From Acidimicrobiia bacterium (lineage in GTDB: Bacteria > Actinomycetota > Acidimicrobiia > Spongiisociales > ZC4RG35), in contig OZ244034.1 of the NCBI GenBank assembly GCA_965215185.1, positions 1,504,001 through 1,568,000 on the forward strand: a stretch of 64,000 nucleotides of DNA, written 5' to 3'. Position numbers and translations under genes: made by a program. Below the pieces are notes generated by a model. It was not told where the DNA came from. It did no database searches and was given only the letters and a program-made list of their open reading frames with translations. This document shows, piece by piece, positions 21,718 to 32,357 of this stretch (its first letter is position 1; every line of letters starts with the position of its first letter).

Positions 21718-22902
21718 ATGCGCGATTGCCTGGAGCGGGCAGTGGTCGTGGTGCTGGACTCCTGCGGAGCGGGCGAAGCGCCCGACGCCGATCGGTACGG
21801 AGACGCCGGATCGGACACCTTGGGCAATGTGGCCCGGGTGGTGGGGGGACTGCGACTCCCCAATTTCGAGGCGGCGGGACTGGGTGTTCTACACAGCCTG
21901 GAAGGCGTTTCCCCCACGAAACACCCGACCATGGCCTTCGGGCGGATGACCCCCGCCTCGGTGGGAAAAGACTCCACCACCGGGCATTGGGAGATAGCGG
22001 GCCTCACCACAACCCACCCCTTCGGCCTCTTCCCCCAAGGGTTTCCCCCCGCATTAACCGGCATTGTCGAGGCCGAGTTCGGACGCCGGTTTCTGGGCAA
22101 CCTCGCCGCCTCCGGCACGGTCATCATCGAAAAACTAGGATCGGAGCACCTAGCCACCGGACGCCCGATTCTCTACACCTCCGCCGACTCGGTGTTCCAG
22201 ATCGCCTGCCACACCGATGTGCTCGAACTTCCCGAGTTGTACCGCCTTTGTCGAATCGCCCGACGCCACTGCAATGAATACCGGATCGGAAGGGTGATTG
22301 CCCGACCCTTTACCGGCCAACCGGGTAGCTTTCATCGCACTTATGATCGAAAGGACTTCTCGATGCCGCCCCCGGCTCCCACCTTGCTGGACCTGGTGAA
22401 CGACGCCACAATGACCGTGTGGGGAATCGGCAAGACCCACGACCTGTTCCGCGGCAGGGGCCTCACCCGCTCCGAGCACACCGAAGGCGATCTGGACGGG
22501 CTGGCCAAAACGGAGAACGCCATCTCCCAGATGGTCAGCGAAGGCGCCTCCGGGCTGGTCTTCACCAACCTGGTGGACCTGGACATGCGCTACGGGCACC
22601 GCCAGGATCCCCATGGATACGCCTCGGGCCTAGCCGCCATCGATGCCCGGATTCCTGCCCTGGTGAACGCCCTCGGGGAGCGCGATCTGCTGTTCATCAC
22701 TGCCGACCACGGCACCGATCCCACCGATGACACCACCGATCACACCCGCGAGTTCGCACCGTTGCTGGTGGCGGGAAGAAGAGCAGCCGGGGTTGATTTG
22801 GGAATTCGCGGGCAGTTCTGCGATGTGGCGGTCACCATCGCCGAAGGGTTCGGTCTCACCGCCCCTTGGAAGGGGACATCGTTCTGGGCGGAGGTGGCAT
22901 GA
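21718..22902 (+). CDS. deoB: Phosphopentomutase
   Basis: VLDSCGAG, GKDSTTGHWE, YTSADSVFQIA, RVIARPF, TADHG, DHTRE. Confidence 0.96.
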   Translation: MRDCLERAVVVVLDSCGAGEAPDADRYGDAGSDTLGNVARVVGGLRLPNFEAAGLGVLHSLEGVSPTKHPTMAFGRMTPASVGKDSTTGHWEIAGLTTTHPFGLFPQGFPPALTGIVEAEFGRRFLGNLAASGTVIIEKLGSEHLATGRPILYTSADSVFQIACHTDVLELPELYRLCRIARRHCNEYRIGRVIARPFTGQPGSFHRTYDRKDFSMPPPAPTLLDLVNDATMTVWGIGKTHDLFRGRGLTRSEHTEGDLDGLAKTENAISQMVSEGASGLVFTNLVDLDMRYGHRQDPHGYASGLAAIDARIPALVNALGERDLLFITADHGTDPTDDTTDHTREFAPLLVAGRRAAGVDLGIRGQFCDVAVTIAEGFGLTAPWKGTSFWAEVA

Positions 22903-24224
22903 AGTTTTCGGCTGTCGAGCTGATCGAGCGCAAGCGGGACGGCTTCGGCCTGACCACCGCCCAGATCCGCTGGCTGATCTCCGCCTTCACCAGCGGTGAG
23001 GTAACCGACTACCAGATGGCTGCCATGGCCATGGCTGTGTATCTGCGGGGGCTGGATCCCGACGAGTTGGCAACCTGGACCGAGGCCATGCTCCACTCGG
23101 GTGAGACCCTTGACCTATCCGGATTGGACGGTCCCAAGGTGGACAAGCACTCCACCGGCGGGGTGGGCGACAAGACAACCATCCCCCTGCTGCCCATGGT
23201 CCGGGCCTGCGGGGTGCTGGCCCCCACTTTGAGCGGACGAGGATTGGGCCATACGGGGGGAACCCTTGACAAACTGGAGTCCATCCCCGGTCTGAGTACC
23301 TCTTTGGATTCCAACCGATTCATGGAAGTGCTGTCCGCCCACGGAATGGTCTACGGGGGTCAGTCGGAGAATCTCGCCCCTGCCGATCGTAAGCTATACG
23401 CACTGCGGGACGCCACCGGCACCGTACCCTCCCTTCCCCTCATCGCCTCTTCCATAATGTCCAAGAAGTTGGCCGAGGACCTGGACGGCCTGGTGCTGGA
23501 TGTCAAAACCGGATCGGGGGCCTTCATGCCCGACCCGGGGCAGGCGCGGGAGTTGGCCACGGTGATGGTGGGAATCGGGAGGGCGTATGGAGTGACGACC
23601 ACGGCTTTGCTGACCAGCATGGACTCCCCGCTGGGAAGGGAAGTCGGCAACGCTTCGGAGATCAGGGAGTCTCTGCGCATCCTCCGCGGAGAGGGACCCG
23701 ACGATCTATGGGAGATCATCCTGGCGCTGGGTAGCGAGATGCTGATAGTGGGGGGAAGGACAAGTGACGAATCCGCGGCCCGCCGGATGCTGACAGAAGC
23801 GGTTCTATCCGGCCGGGCGATGGAGCTGTTCGGTCGGGTAGTGGAGGCCCAGGGCGGTGACCGCCGGGTCGTGGAGGACGATTCCCTGCTGCCTCTCGCT
23901 CCCCACCAGGCGCAAATCGTCGCCCCTGCCTCGGGCTGGGTGACCGCCTGCAATGCACGGACGGTGGGAACCGCCGCCGCCCGCCTGGGAGCCGGCCGGG
24001 AACGCAAGGAAGACACCATCGACCCCGGAGTGGGAATCACTGTTTTGGCCAAACCGGGTGACAGGGTGGAACCGGGAACGCCCCTCGCGCAGATCGTCTA
24101 TCGAGAAGAAGCCCGCTGGCAGTCGGTCCGCAGTCTGCTGGAAGGAGCATGGTCGATTGGAGACCAACCACCCGAACCCCTTCCCCTCATAGGGGAAAAG
24201 ATCCGAAGCACCGAGATGGGATGA
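22899..24224 (+). CDS. deoA: Thymidine/pyrimidine-nucleoside phosphorylase
   Basis: DKHSTGGVGDK, SGRGLGHTGGTLDKLESIPG, SSIMSKK. Confidence 0.93.
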   Translation: MKFSAVELIERKRDGFGLTTAQIRWLISAFTSGEVTDYQMAAMAMAVYLRGLDPDELATWTEAMLHSGETLDLSGLDGPKVDKHSTGGVGDKTTIPLLPMVRACGVLAPTLSGRGLGHTGGTLDKLESIPGLSTSLDSNRFMEVLSAHGMVYGGQSENLAPADRKLYALRDATGTVPSLPLIASSIMSKKLAEDLDGLVLDVKTGSGAFMPDPGQARELATVMVGIGRAYGVTTTALLTSMDSPLGREVGNASEIRESLRILRGEGPDDLWEIILALGSEMLIVGGRTSDESAARRMLTEAVLSGRAMELFGRVVEAQGGDRRVVEDDSLLPLAPHQAQIVAPASGWVTACNARTVGTAAARLGAGRERKEDTIDPGVGITVLAKPGDRVEPGTPLAQIVYREEARWQSVRSLLEGAWSIGDQPPEPLPLIGEKIRSTEMG

Positions 24225-24228
24225 GCCT

Positions 24229-25053
24229 ATGAACGACCTCTATGACCGACTTCAAGCTGCTGCCCGGGCAATTGCTGAAGCCACCGGCCAACCCCGCCAT
24301 GACGTGGTGGTGGTGCTCGGCTCGGCGTCGGGAGATCTTCCCGAGCATTTGGAAGAAATAACCGCCGTCCCCTATTCGCAGATCCCCGGTTTCCCCGTTC
24401 CGGCCGTGATGGGGCATTCGGGAACGCTCTACTCGGCCCCCTTCGGAGACAACCGGGTCTTGTTGCTGGCCGGAAGAGTCCATGCCTACGAGGGCTATCC
24501 CACCGACGAGCTGACCTTCGCGGTACGCGCCTGCCTGTTGGCCGGATGCCATACCCTGGTGGTGACCAATGCGGCGGGAGGATGCGGTGACGGGATGACA
24601 GCGGGATCGATAGTGGTTATCCGCGACCACATCAATCTGGCCGGGATCAATCCCCTGGTCGGCCCCAACGACCCCCGGATGGGAACCCGGTTTCCCGACA
24701 TGTCGGACACCTATACCCCCCAACTGCGCCAGTTGGCTATGGAAATCGCCGCCCAGGAGAAAATCGCCCTATCCGAGGGGGTTTACGCCTGGTTTCTCGG
24801 TCCCACCTTCGAAACCCCCGCCGAGGTGGAGATGGCGCGTCGGTTGGGCGCTGACCTGGTGGGCATGTCCACCGTGCCCGAAGTGATCTGCGCCCGCCAC
24901 CTGGGAAGAAAGGTGCTGGGCCTGTCGGTGGTAACCAATCTGGCGGCCGGTATCGCCGACCATCCCCTCACCCATGAGGATGTCAATGCCACCGCCGCAC
25001 TGGTGAAGGATGATTTCGCCCGGTTCATCACCGCCCTTCTCCCTCACATTTGA
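24229..25053 (+). CDS. punA: Purine-nucleoside phosphorylase (trimeric type)
   Basis: GRVHAYEG, TNAAGG, GPTFETPAE, GMSTVPE, VTNLAAG. Confidence 0.93.
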   Translation: MNDLYDRLQAAARAIAEATGQPRHDVVVVLGSASGDLPEHLEEITAVPYSQIPGFPVPAVMGHSGTLYSAPFGDNRVLLLAGRVHAYEGYPTDELTFAVRACLLAGCHTLVVTNAAGGCGDGMTAGSIVVIRDHINLAGINPLVGPNDPRMGTRFPDMSDTYTPQLRQLAMEIAAQEKIALSEGVYAWFLGPTFETPAEVEMARRLGADLVGMSTVPEVICARHLGRKVLGLSVVTNLAAGIADHPLTHEDVNATAALVKDDFARFITALLPHI

Positions 25054-25086
25054 GCAGGTCGAGAAGTAGTATCATTCGCTTTTCTC

Positions 25087-25845
25087 ATGCGTATTGTGGT
25101 TTGCGTTAAGCAGATTCCCGACCCGGCCAACCCAGCCCGATTTGATCCGCAGACGCACCGGCTGGTGAGGTCAGACGATCAGATCCTCGACGACACCGAT
25201 CGCTACGGCGTGGAGATGGGGCTTCGTCTGGCTGAGGCCACCGGGGGAACGGTGACCCTGGTTTCGATGGGCCCAGTCGGCCGCGCCCAGGGCATTCGCC
25301 AAGCCTTGGCAATGGGCGCCGACCAGGCGGTGATGATTGAGGACGATTCCCTGACGGGTTCAGATGCCCTCACCACCGCCCGGATTCTGGCGGCTGCCAT
25401 CGAACGCACCGGATTCGACCTGGTGATATGCGGAACTGAATCCACCGACGGGTACTCGGGGGTGGTGCCACAGATGATGGCCGAGCTGTTGGGAGTGGCG
25501 GCGCTCACCTATGCCACCGGGGTGGAGGTGAGCGAACACCAGGTGACCATCCACCGGCAGACCAGCGCCGGCTACGACGTGGTGGTGTCAAATCTTCCCG
25601 CTCTGGTGTCGGTTACGGCCGGGGTGGTGGAACCGCGTTACCCGACCTTCCGAGGCATAATGCAGGCCAAGAAAAAGCCGACCGAAACGTTTGAGGCTTC
25701 CGACTTGGGAGTGGAGGTCCGCATCGGACAAAAAGTGGTGTCGGTTGTTCCTGCGGCCGAACGGCAGGCCGGAGTGATAGCCGAGGATGAGGGAGAAGGG
25801 CATCTGCTCATCTTGGAGAAGCTTCGGGAAGCAAAGGTGATCTGA
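25087..25845 (+). CDS. etfB: Electron transfer flavoprotein beta subunit
   Basis: [23 protein letters not shown]...IMQAKKK. Confidence 0.95.
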   Translation: MRIVVCVKQIPDPANPARFDPQTHRLVRSDDQILDDTDRYGVEMGLRLAEATGGTVTLVSMGPVGRAQGIRQALAMGADQAVMIEDDSLTGSDALTTARILAAAIERTGFDLVICGTESTDGYSGVVPQMMAELLGVAALTYATGVEVSEHQVTIHRQTSAGYDVVVSNLPALVSVTAGVVEPRYPTFRGIMQAKKKPTETFEASDLGVEVRIGQKVVSVVPAAERQAGVIAEDEGEGHLLILEKLREAKVI

Positions 25846-25847
25846 CC

Positions 25848-26801
25848 ATGGCGCAAGTGTGGGTCTTCTGCGAGGAGGCTGACGGAACGCCGTCCACTCT
25901 GGGATTGGAACTGCTGGCCAAGGCCCGTCAACTGGGCAAGGCGACGGTGCTCTACGTGGGAACCGGATCCCAGCAGTCTTGGGAAACGCTGGGAGACCAC
26001 GGTGCGGCGCGGGTCTTCCACTTCAACCCCGGCGATATGCTGGCCGCGGCGCCGGTGGCGGCGGCTACCGCATCTTTGGCCACCGAACAGCCTCCGCAGA
26101 TGATTCTGTTCGGACAGGCCTACACCGACCGTGACGTCGCCGGTCGGCTGGCGGTCCGGTTGGGTGTTCCGGTCCTCTCCAACGCGGTCGACGTGACTTT
26201 GGAACCGGACGGGAAGGTCACTACCCGTCATGAGATTTCAGGTGGATCAGAGATTGCCGAAGCGGTCTTTCTAACTGGCGGCCCGCGTCTGGTGATCATT
26301 CGGCCCAAGTCTTTCCCGGCCGAGCCGGTGGGCGGAACCCTGCCCGAGGTGATTGCGGTGAAACTGCCCGATGCGGGAAGATCGGCCGCACTGGTGACCC
26401 AACGCCACATGCGGGAACGAAAAGGGCCCGATTTGGAGGGGGCGGCGGTGATCGTCTCGGGAGGACGAGGACTGGGCTCGGCCGAACACTATTCCCTGGT
26501 GGAAGGAGTGGCTGGACCACTGGGAGCAGCCACCGGAGCAACCCGCGCCATTGTCGACGCCGGATGGGTACCCTACGCAAAGCAGGTGGGACAGACCGGC
26601 AAGACCGTCAAACCGGATGTCTACATCGCCTGCGGCATCTCCGGAGCCATGCAGCATCTGGTGGGAATGAAGGACGCCAAAACCATCATCGCCATCAACA
26701 AGGATCCCGATGCGCCCATCTTCACCATCGCCGATCTGGGGATCGTGGGCGACGTTCACAAAGTAATGCCCAAGCTGATTGCGGAGTTGTCCGACAACTG
26801 A
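25848..26801 (+). CDS. etfA: Electron transfer flavoprotein alpha subunit
   Basis: [38 protein letters not shown]. Confidence 0.96.
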   Translation: MAQVWVFCEEADGTPSTLGLELLAKARQLGKATVLYVGTGSQQSWETLGDHGAARVFHFNPGDMLAAAPVAAATASLATEQPPQMILFGQAYTDRDVAGRLAVRLGVPVLSNAVDVTLEPDGKVTTRHEISGGSEIAEAVFLTGGPRLVIIRPKSFPAEPVGGTLPEVIAVKLPDAGRSAALVTQRHMRERKGPDLEGAAVIVSGGRGLGSAEHYSLVEGVAGPLGAATGATRAIVDAGWVPYAKQVGQTGKTVKPDVYIACGISGAMQHLVGMKDAKTIIAINKDPDAPIFTIADLGIVGDVHKVMPKLIAELSDN

Positions 26802-26973
26802 CCCCCGAAGGAGCAGGCGGAAAGCCCTCACCTTCCGGATTCCTTTCCCAAACGGCCGTTGCCCGCCATGGGTGTGAGCCCAATATGTAACATCTCTACC
26901 GAGGGATATGTGATCGGTAGAACCAACTATCCCTTCCACCGGTCCTATCACCTGTGAGAGAAAGGATTTTGTT

Positions 26974-28164
26974 TTGGGTACTGGAGATATTGCTTGGATG
27001 ATCACCGCCTCCGCCCTGGTGCTGCTCATGGTGCCGGGACTGGCGCTCTTCTATGGCGGAATGGTGAACAGCAAGAACGTAGTCAACATGCTGATGATGA
27101 ACGTCGTCACCATACCCATAGCCACCATCACGTGGGTGATCGTCGGGTTCTCATTGGCGTTTGGCTCCTCGGCCGGTGGACTGGGCTTTATCGGAGACTT
27201 CAGCAAGGTGGGCCTGGAAGGTCTCCCCGACGAGGAAACTCTCTTCTCTGTTTTCCAGATGATGTTCGCCATCATTACTCCCGCCCTGATCGCAGGTGCG
27301 GTGGCCGGGAGGATGAAGTTTTCTTCCTGGGTGATCTTTGCGGCGCTGTGGTCACTTTTGGTCTACCCGGTAGTGGCCCACTGGGGATTCGCCCCTGACG
27401 GGCTGCTGTATGCCTGGGGCGCCCGGGATTTCGCGGGAGGTTTGGTGATCCATATCAACTCGGGGATCGCCGCCCTGGCTCTCATCAGGGTGTTGGGGCC
27501 CCGACGGGACTTCGGAGTCGAACATCCCCCCCATTCTCTCCCCATAACCGTCATCGGGACCGGTCTTCTCTGGTTCGGATGGTTCGGATTCAACGCCGGC
27601 TCGGCCCTGGCCGCCGATGGAGCGGCCATCACCGCCCTACTCAATACCCAAGTGGGCGCGGCCTTGGGGGCATTCGGATGGATGGTCTCCGACTGGATCC
27701 GTCATCGTCGTCCCACCTTGTTGGGCCTGGTGTCCGGCGCGGTGGCGGGACTGGTGGCCATCACTCCGGCGGCAGGGTACGTCAGCCCGTCGGCAGCCAT
27801 CGTGATCGGAGTGGTGGGCGGATACGTTTGCTCGATGGTGGTGGGGCTCAAAGAACAGTTCGGATATGACGACTCTCTGGATGTGGTGGGGATCCACATG
27901 GTGGGGGGAGTGATAGGTTCCATACTCACCGGAGTGTTCTCCTCCACGAACTACGGCGAATTCAACGGCCTCATATACGGTGGAGCATCGTTCTTCGGAA
28001 AGCAGGTAGTGGCGGTTTTGGCGGTTATTGCCTTCAGCTACAGCGCCACCTGGGTGTTGGCCAAAATCCTGGACAAGACCATCGGCCTGCGGGCCAGCGA
28101 GGAAGATGAAATACTCGGTTTGGACATCTCCCAGCACGGCGAAGACGCCTACTGGATCCGCTAG
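26974..28164 (+). CDS. amtB: Ammonium transporter
   Basis: PGLALFYGG, FQMMFA, DFAGG..IH, WFGWFGFNAGS, DDSLDVVGIH. Confidence 0.96.
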   Translation: MGTGDIAWMITASALVLLMVPGLALFYGGMVNSKNVVNMLMMNVVTIPIATITWVIVGFSLAFGSSAGGLGFIGDFSKVGLEGLPDEETLFSVFQMMFAIITPALIAGAVAGRMKFSSWVIFAALWSLLVYPVVAHWGFAPDGLLYAWGARDFAGGLVIHINSGIAALALIRVLGPRRDFGVEHPPHSLPITVIGTGLLWFGWFGFNAGSALAADGAAITALLNTQVGAALGAFGWMVSDWIRHRRPTLLGLVSGAVAGLVAITPAAGYVSPSAAIVIGVVGGYVCSMVVGLKEQFGYDDSLDVVGIHMVGGVIGSILTGVFSSTNYGEFNGLIYGGASFFGKQVVAVLAVIAFSYSATWVLAKILDKTIGLRASEEDEILGLDISQHGEDAYWIR

Positions 28165-28185
28165 GAGTTACCAAAAGAGACGCAC

Positions 28186-28237
28186 TGTGAGCCGGAACTC
28201 TCGCATAAATATGGGAAATTCCGGCTCACACCTTTTT
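28186..28237 (+). terminator. Probable intrinsic terminator after amt
   Basis: 12-bp perfect stem TGTGAGCCGGAA/TTCCGGCTCACA followed by CCTTTTT. Confidence 0.6.
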
Positions 28238-28564
28238 CTCGCGATTGCCACTTGTATCTCGCGAAACCCCAGCTAGTTTTTAGGGCCCCTCCCCCACCAC
28301 CACCGCCATCTGGGTTTTCGCGAAAACCCGCGGCCCGGTGAGGGGCGGTTTTGCGCATGTTATGACCTCTGGGAATTCTGCGATCCGATGAGCTCTGCGG
28401 CCGGACCGGAGGCTTTTGTCGTAACCAGTACAGCATGGATCAAAATGAAACGATCGTGAAGCTGCGAAGGTGGGGTTGATTCGCGGCATTGGGCGGTTTA
28501 TTGCCGGGTCTGATGTTTATCGGCGCCCATGGCGACTCAAAGGTCCGGCGCCACTCAGATCTCT

Positions 28565-29728
28565 CTAATCCTCCAGGAACTCCATCAATCCGCTGGAGAA
28601 ACGTTGGTGACGGATCTTGGAAAGAGCCTTTCGCTCCATCTGACGGATCCTTTCCTTGGTGACCCGGAACCGCTTGGAAAGCTCTCCAAGCGTCCAGACC
28701 CTGCCGTCCTCCAACCCGAACCGAAGTCTCAGGATCTCTTGTTCCCTGGGCCGCAGGTTCTTCAACACAAAGGCCAGACGCTTTTGCAGGAACGCCAGAG
28801 TGGCGGCGTCGAACGGATCCTCGGCGGTCAAGTCTTCAACCAGATCTCCCACTGTGGTGCCGTCCTCCTCCGACCCCACCGGATCCTGCAGCGAAACCGC
28901 CCGCTGTGAAATCCTGAGCATCTGCTCCACCCGGGAGGACGGTATCTCCAAACGGGAGGCCAACTCGCCGGTGGTGGGAGGCCGACCTTGCTGCTGGGTC
29001 ATCTCCCGTCGAGCCTCGTTGAGAACAGGCACCATCGCGGCCAGGTGAGCGGGTAGCCTGATGGCCCGGGATTGTTCAGCGAACATCCGGATCATGGGTA
29101 GCCTTATCCACCAGGCGGCATAGGTGGAGAAACGAAAACCTCGACGGTGATCGAAACGCTCGGCGGCCTTCATCAACCCAAGATTGCCCTCCTGAATCAA
29201 ATCCAGCAGATTCGCCCCATTCATCGATCCGAAGGTCTTGCGGGCGATAGCAACCACCAACCGCAGGTTTGACTCGACCAGGCTGTGGTAAGCCCGCTCG
29301 CCCTTCGCCGCCCTGGCAGCCAGTTCTCGGCGCTGCCCGGCCGACAGCCCTTGTTCTTTCAGCCTCTCCCGAGCCTGGGCGCCGTTTTCGATCTGTACCG
29401 CCAACTCCACTTCCTGTTCAGGCTGGAGTAGGGAGTAACGACCGATCTCTTTCAAATAGAGGCTGACCGGATCAGCGATCTTCGAGGACTTCTCCTCTAG
29501 CGGACGTCCGCGTCTTTCCCCAACCTCCTCCACTTCTTCCACCACCCGGATCCCCTCCTCGACCAGCCGGCTCATCAATTCGTCCCATCTGCGCTCGTCT
29601 TCGGCTTGATCACCATCGAGGCCATCCAGATCCGCCATCAATTCGGAAGCGGTGAGAAAACCGCGCTGGCGTCCGCGGCGAAGGATCATCCCCACCCGCG
29701 CCTCGAAGTCCCCTCCCATCTCGCTCAT
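28565..29728 (-). CDS. Sigma-70 family (group 1/2-like) sigma factor with divergent region 2.4
   Basis: DPVSLYLKEIG (1.2), NLRLVV, DLIQEGNLGLMKA, FSTYAAWWIR, ERIRQME; coupled downstream of dnaG. Confidence 0.92.
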   Translation of the reverse strand: MSEMGGDFEARVGMILRRGRQRGFLTASELMADLDGLDGDQAEDERRWDELMSRLVEEGIRVVEEVEEVGERRGRPLEEKSSKIADPVSLYLKEIGRYSLLQPEQEVELAVQIENGAQARERLKEQGLSAGQRRELAARAAKGERAYHSLVESNLRLVVAIARKTFGSMNGANLLDLIQEGNLGLMKAAERFDHRRGFRFSTYAAWWIRLPMIRMFAEQSRAIRLPAHLAAMVPVLNEARREMTQQQGRPPTTGELASRLEIPSSRVEQMLRISQRAVSLQDPVGSEEDGTTVGDLVEDLTAEDPFDAATLAFLQKRLAFVLKNLRPREQEILRLRFGLEDGRVWTLGELSKRFRVTKERIRQMERKALSKIRHQRFSSGLMEFLED

Positions 29729-31536
29729 GCCAGGTCTCCGGTCAACTCCTGACGACGGCGCTCCAACTGAACGAACCGTTTCAACAGTGGTGGGCGCCGG
29801 GGATCATCAGGGGAAAACGACCTCATCTGCGCTCCGAGAGCGTCCGTCTCCCGACGCAGCGCCTCCCGGCGACACCGGATCACCATCGGCCGGGGGTCGC
29901 CAGGCTCCAACTTATCCAAAGAGATCTCCAACAGCACCCTGCGTATCTGCTCTGAAGCGACTGGCATTTGTTCCTCATCACCTTCCGACAACTCCTCCTG
30001 CCGCCAGGAAATGGGGGTGGGCTGGCCCAGCGGGGTGGCCCTCCAATCGGCTTCTATATCTTCGAATGCCCTCCGGTACAGACCCTCGGCAAAAAGGGTC
30101 CCGTCCACCTCCAACTCCCGAAGATCCGGATGGTTGAACAGCACCGCTTTCAGCAACTCCCGTTCCACCGCCGATCCCCGATCGGTGGGCCTGCTCCGGC
30201 TCGAAGCCGGATCTCGTCGGTCGACAGAACGATCCACCCCTTGTGTCCTGCCGCCCCGACGCACCACCTCTTTGATCTCCGAGATGTCCAAACCCGTACC
30301 CCGCGACAACTCCTGTTCGTATGCGACTCTGGTTGCCGTATCGCTCACATTGGCTACCAGCGCCCCCAACTCGTTCACCGCCCGCGCTCGAGATTCGGGA
30401 TTGGTGGGGTCCACTTGCGCCAATCGTCGCTCAATTCGAAACTGGAGGACCGGGCGGGCGCTTTGCACCGCCGAGCGCAGCTCCTCCAAGCGGTCGTCTT
30501 GGAGCAGGTCGGCCGGATCCTTCCCGTCGGGCAATTCGGCCACCCGCAAATCAAGCCGCCGACCACTTCGGCGACTCACCCGCTCACCTCTCAGCACCGC
30601 ATCGGATCCAGCCCGGTCGGCGTCGAAGGCCAACACGATCCGCCCCCCCAGCCTGCCCAGCACCTCCAGGTGGTCTTCTCCCAGCGCCGTGCCGCAAGTG
30701 GCCACCGCCGACTCCATTCCCGCTTGGTGGAGGGCGATGACATCGGTGTATCCCTCCACCACCACCGCCTGATCGGTGCGGCTTATCTCTCTTCGCGCCA
30801 AATGCTGTCCGTACAAGAGCCGGGACTTGTGATAAAGAGGAGTCTCCGGAGAGTTGAGATACTTGGGCCCCGTCCCACTCATCAGCCGGGCGCCAAATCC
30901 CACCGGATCGCCGCGCAGATCGTAAATGGGGAACATGATGCGACCCCAGAAGCGGTCCCGCAGCTCGCCAGGCCCGCGCCTCACCGTCAGCCCGGCCCGC
31001 TCCATCATCGCATCCGCAACCCCCGCCGACCGCAATTCGGTTCTCAGGGACGGTTCTTCCCATGGCGAAAAACCCAGAGCGAATTTCTCTACCACCGAGC
31101 GATCGTACCCGCGGGATCGAAGGTAGGCCCGGGCCGGTCCGGCATCGGGGCCCGACAACAACCGCTTGGTGTAGAAGTCCACAGCTCGGCGCATCACCCC
31201 CACCAAGCGCTCCCGCTCCTGGGCCGCCCGTCCGTCTCCCGGACGGTTGGTCAAGACAATCCCGGCCTGTCTCGCCAGGGTTTGCAGAGCCTCGGGAAAG
31301 GAAAGACCTTGGGTCTCCTGGACCAGGGTGAACACATCACCGCCCTTATGGCACCCATGGCAGAAAAACAAACCCCGCGCCGGGTCTATCGACAGCGACG
31401 GAGTCTTCTCCTGATGGAAAGGACACAACGCCATGTAGCTGCGTCCCGATCTCTTCACCTTGGTTACAGCCGCGAACTGTTCCACCAGATTGACCCCTGC
31501 CCTAACCCGGTCCCGATCATCTTCCCCCCTTGTCAT
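29725..31536 (-). CDS. dnaG: DNA primase
   Basis: CPFHQEKTPS zinc finger, KYLNSPET, VVEGYTDV and FDADRAG TOPRIM motifs. Confidence 0.97.
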   Translation of the reverse strand: MTRGEDDRDRVRAGVNLVEQFAAVTKVKRSGRSYMALCPFHQEKTPSLSIDPARGLFFCHGCHKGGDVFTLVQETQGLSFPEALQTLARQAGIVLTNRPGDGRAAQERERLVGVMRRAVDFYTKRLLSGPDAGPARAYLRSRGYDRSVVEKFALGFSPWEEPSLRTELRSAGVADAMMERAGLTVRRGPGELRDRFWGRIMFPIYDLRGDPVGFGARLMSGTGPKYLNSPETPLYHKSRLLYGQHLARREISRTDQAVVVEGYTDVIALHQAGMESAVATCGTALGEDHLEVLGRLGGRIVLAFDADRAGSDAVLRGERVSRRSGRRLDLRVAELPDGKDPADLLQDDRLEELRSAVQSARPVLQFRIERRLAQVDPTNPESRARAVNELGALVANVSDTATRVAYEQELSRGTGLDISEIKEVVRRGGRTQGVDRSVDRRDPASSRSRPTDRGSAVERELLKAVLFNHPDLRELEVDGTLFAEGLYRRAFEDIEADWRATPLGQPTPISWRQEELSEGDEEQMPVASEQIRRVLLEISLDKLEPGDPRPMVIRCRREALRRETDALGAQMRSFSPDDPRRPPLLKRFVQLERRRQELTGDLA

Positions 31537-31607
31537 ATCACCACCCCCGACTACCGGTCGTCTCGAGTCCCATGACCGCCATATGTAGACATTAAGTGAC
31601 CAAAATC

Positions 31608-32357
31608 CTAGCCTGACCGCGTCGCCACGAAGCCAAATTCCAGACCAATTTCATCGGCCACGTTAGCCACAAAGGGAACCGAGGGGATCGACAAGTTGAA
31701 ATCAGAGCGCAGCACGGTGGCAGAAGCCTCACCCACCAGTCGACCATCTGCCTCGAAGCGGGCCACCACTGCGAAGGTGACCGGGCGGGTCAGGTCACGT
31801 ACCGTGAGTTCTCCCTCCACCGTAAAGCGCCATTCCCCTCCCGATTCCAAAGCTTCCGGCAGACCGATGACCTCCAGCGGTGAGAAGGTGATGAACTCGT
31901 ATTGCTCGGCGGCGAGAATCGGGCCCCGGATGGCGCGATCGCGGTTGGAGGCGTCGGTTTCGAAGGTGCGAGCGTTGATGAGAATGTCCCCCATCTGCAA
32001 CCCGGCCGGATCCGAAAAGTCCATTCTCACTCTCCCCACCACATACGTGGTGGTTCCCACCACCGTGACCGGGTCACCATACAGCTCCTCTTGGATCAAG
32101 AACCTCGCCTCAGAGCCTTCGGACAACTCCCATTCCACCACCTCCGAGGAGCCGGAAGCCTCGGGCAGCGAAGCCGCAGTGGTGGTCTCCTGGGGCTGCG
32201 CCGGAGTCGAAGGCGAGGTGGTGGAAGCGGCGGAAGTGATGGCAGGCGCGGTGACCTGGGTGGGATCGCCTACGTTTCCGGCCGCGAGGAACCAGACAAT
32301 CGCCGCCGCGGCCGCCCCGACCAGCACCAGGATCGCGATCAGAAGCTTGCGCTTCAT
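31608..32357 (-). CDS. YceI family protein with N-terminal signal/anchor
   Basis: MKRKLLIAILVL hydrophobic N-terminus, Thr/Ser linker, NRD...GELTVRDLTRPVTF YceI motifs. Confidence 0.88.
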   Translation of the reverse strand: MKRKLLIAILVLVGAAAAAIVWFLAAGNVGDPTQVTAPAITSAASTTSPSTPAQPQETTTAASLPEASGSSEVVEWELSEGSEARFLIQEELYGDPVTVVGTTTYVVGRVRMDFSDPAGLQMGDILINARTFETDASNRDRAIRGPILAAEQYEFITFSPLEVIGLPEALESGGEWRFTVEGELTVRDLTRPVTFAVVARFEADGRLVGEASATVLRSDFNLSIPSVPFVANVADEIGLEFGFVATRSG

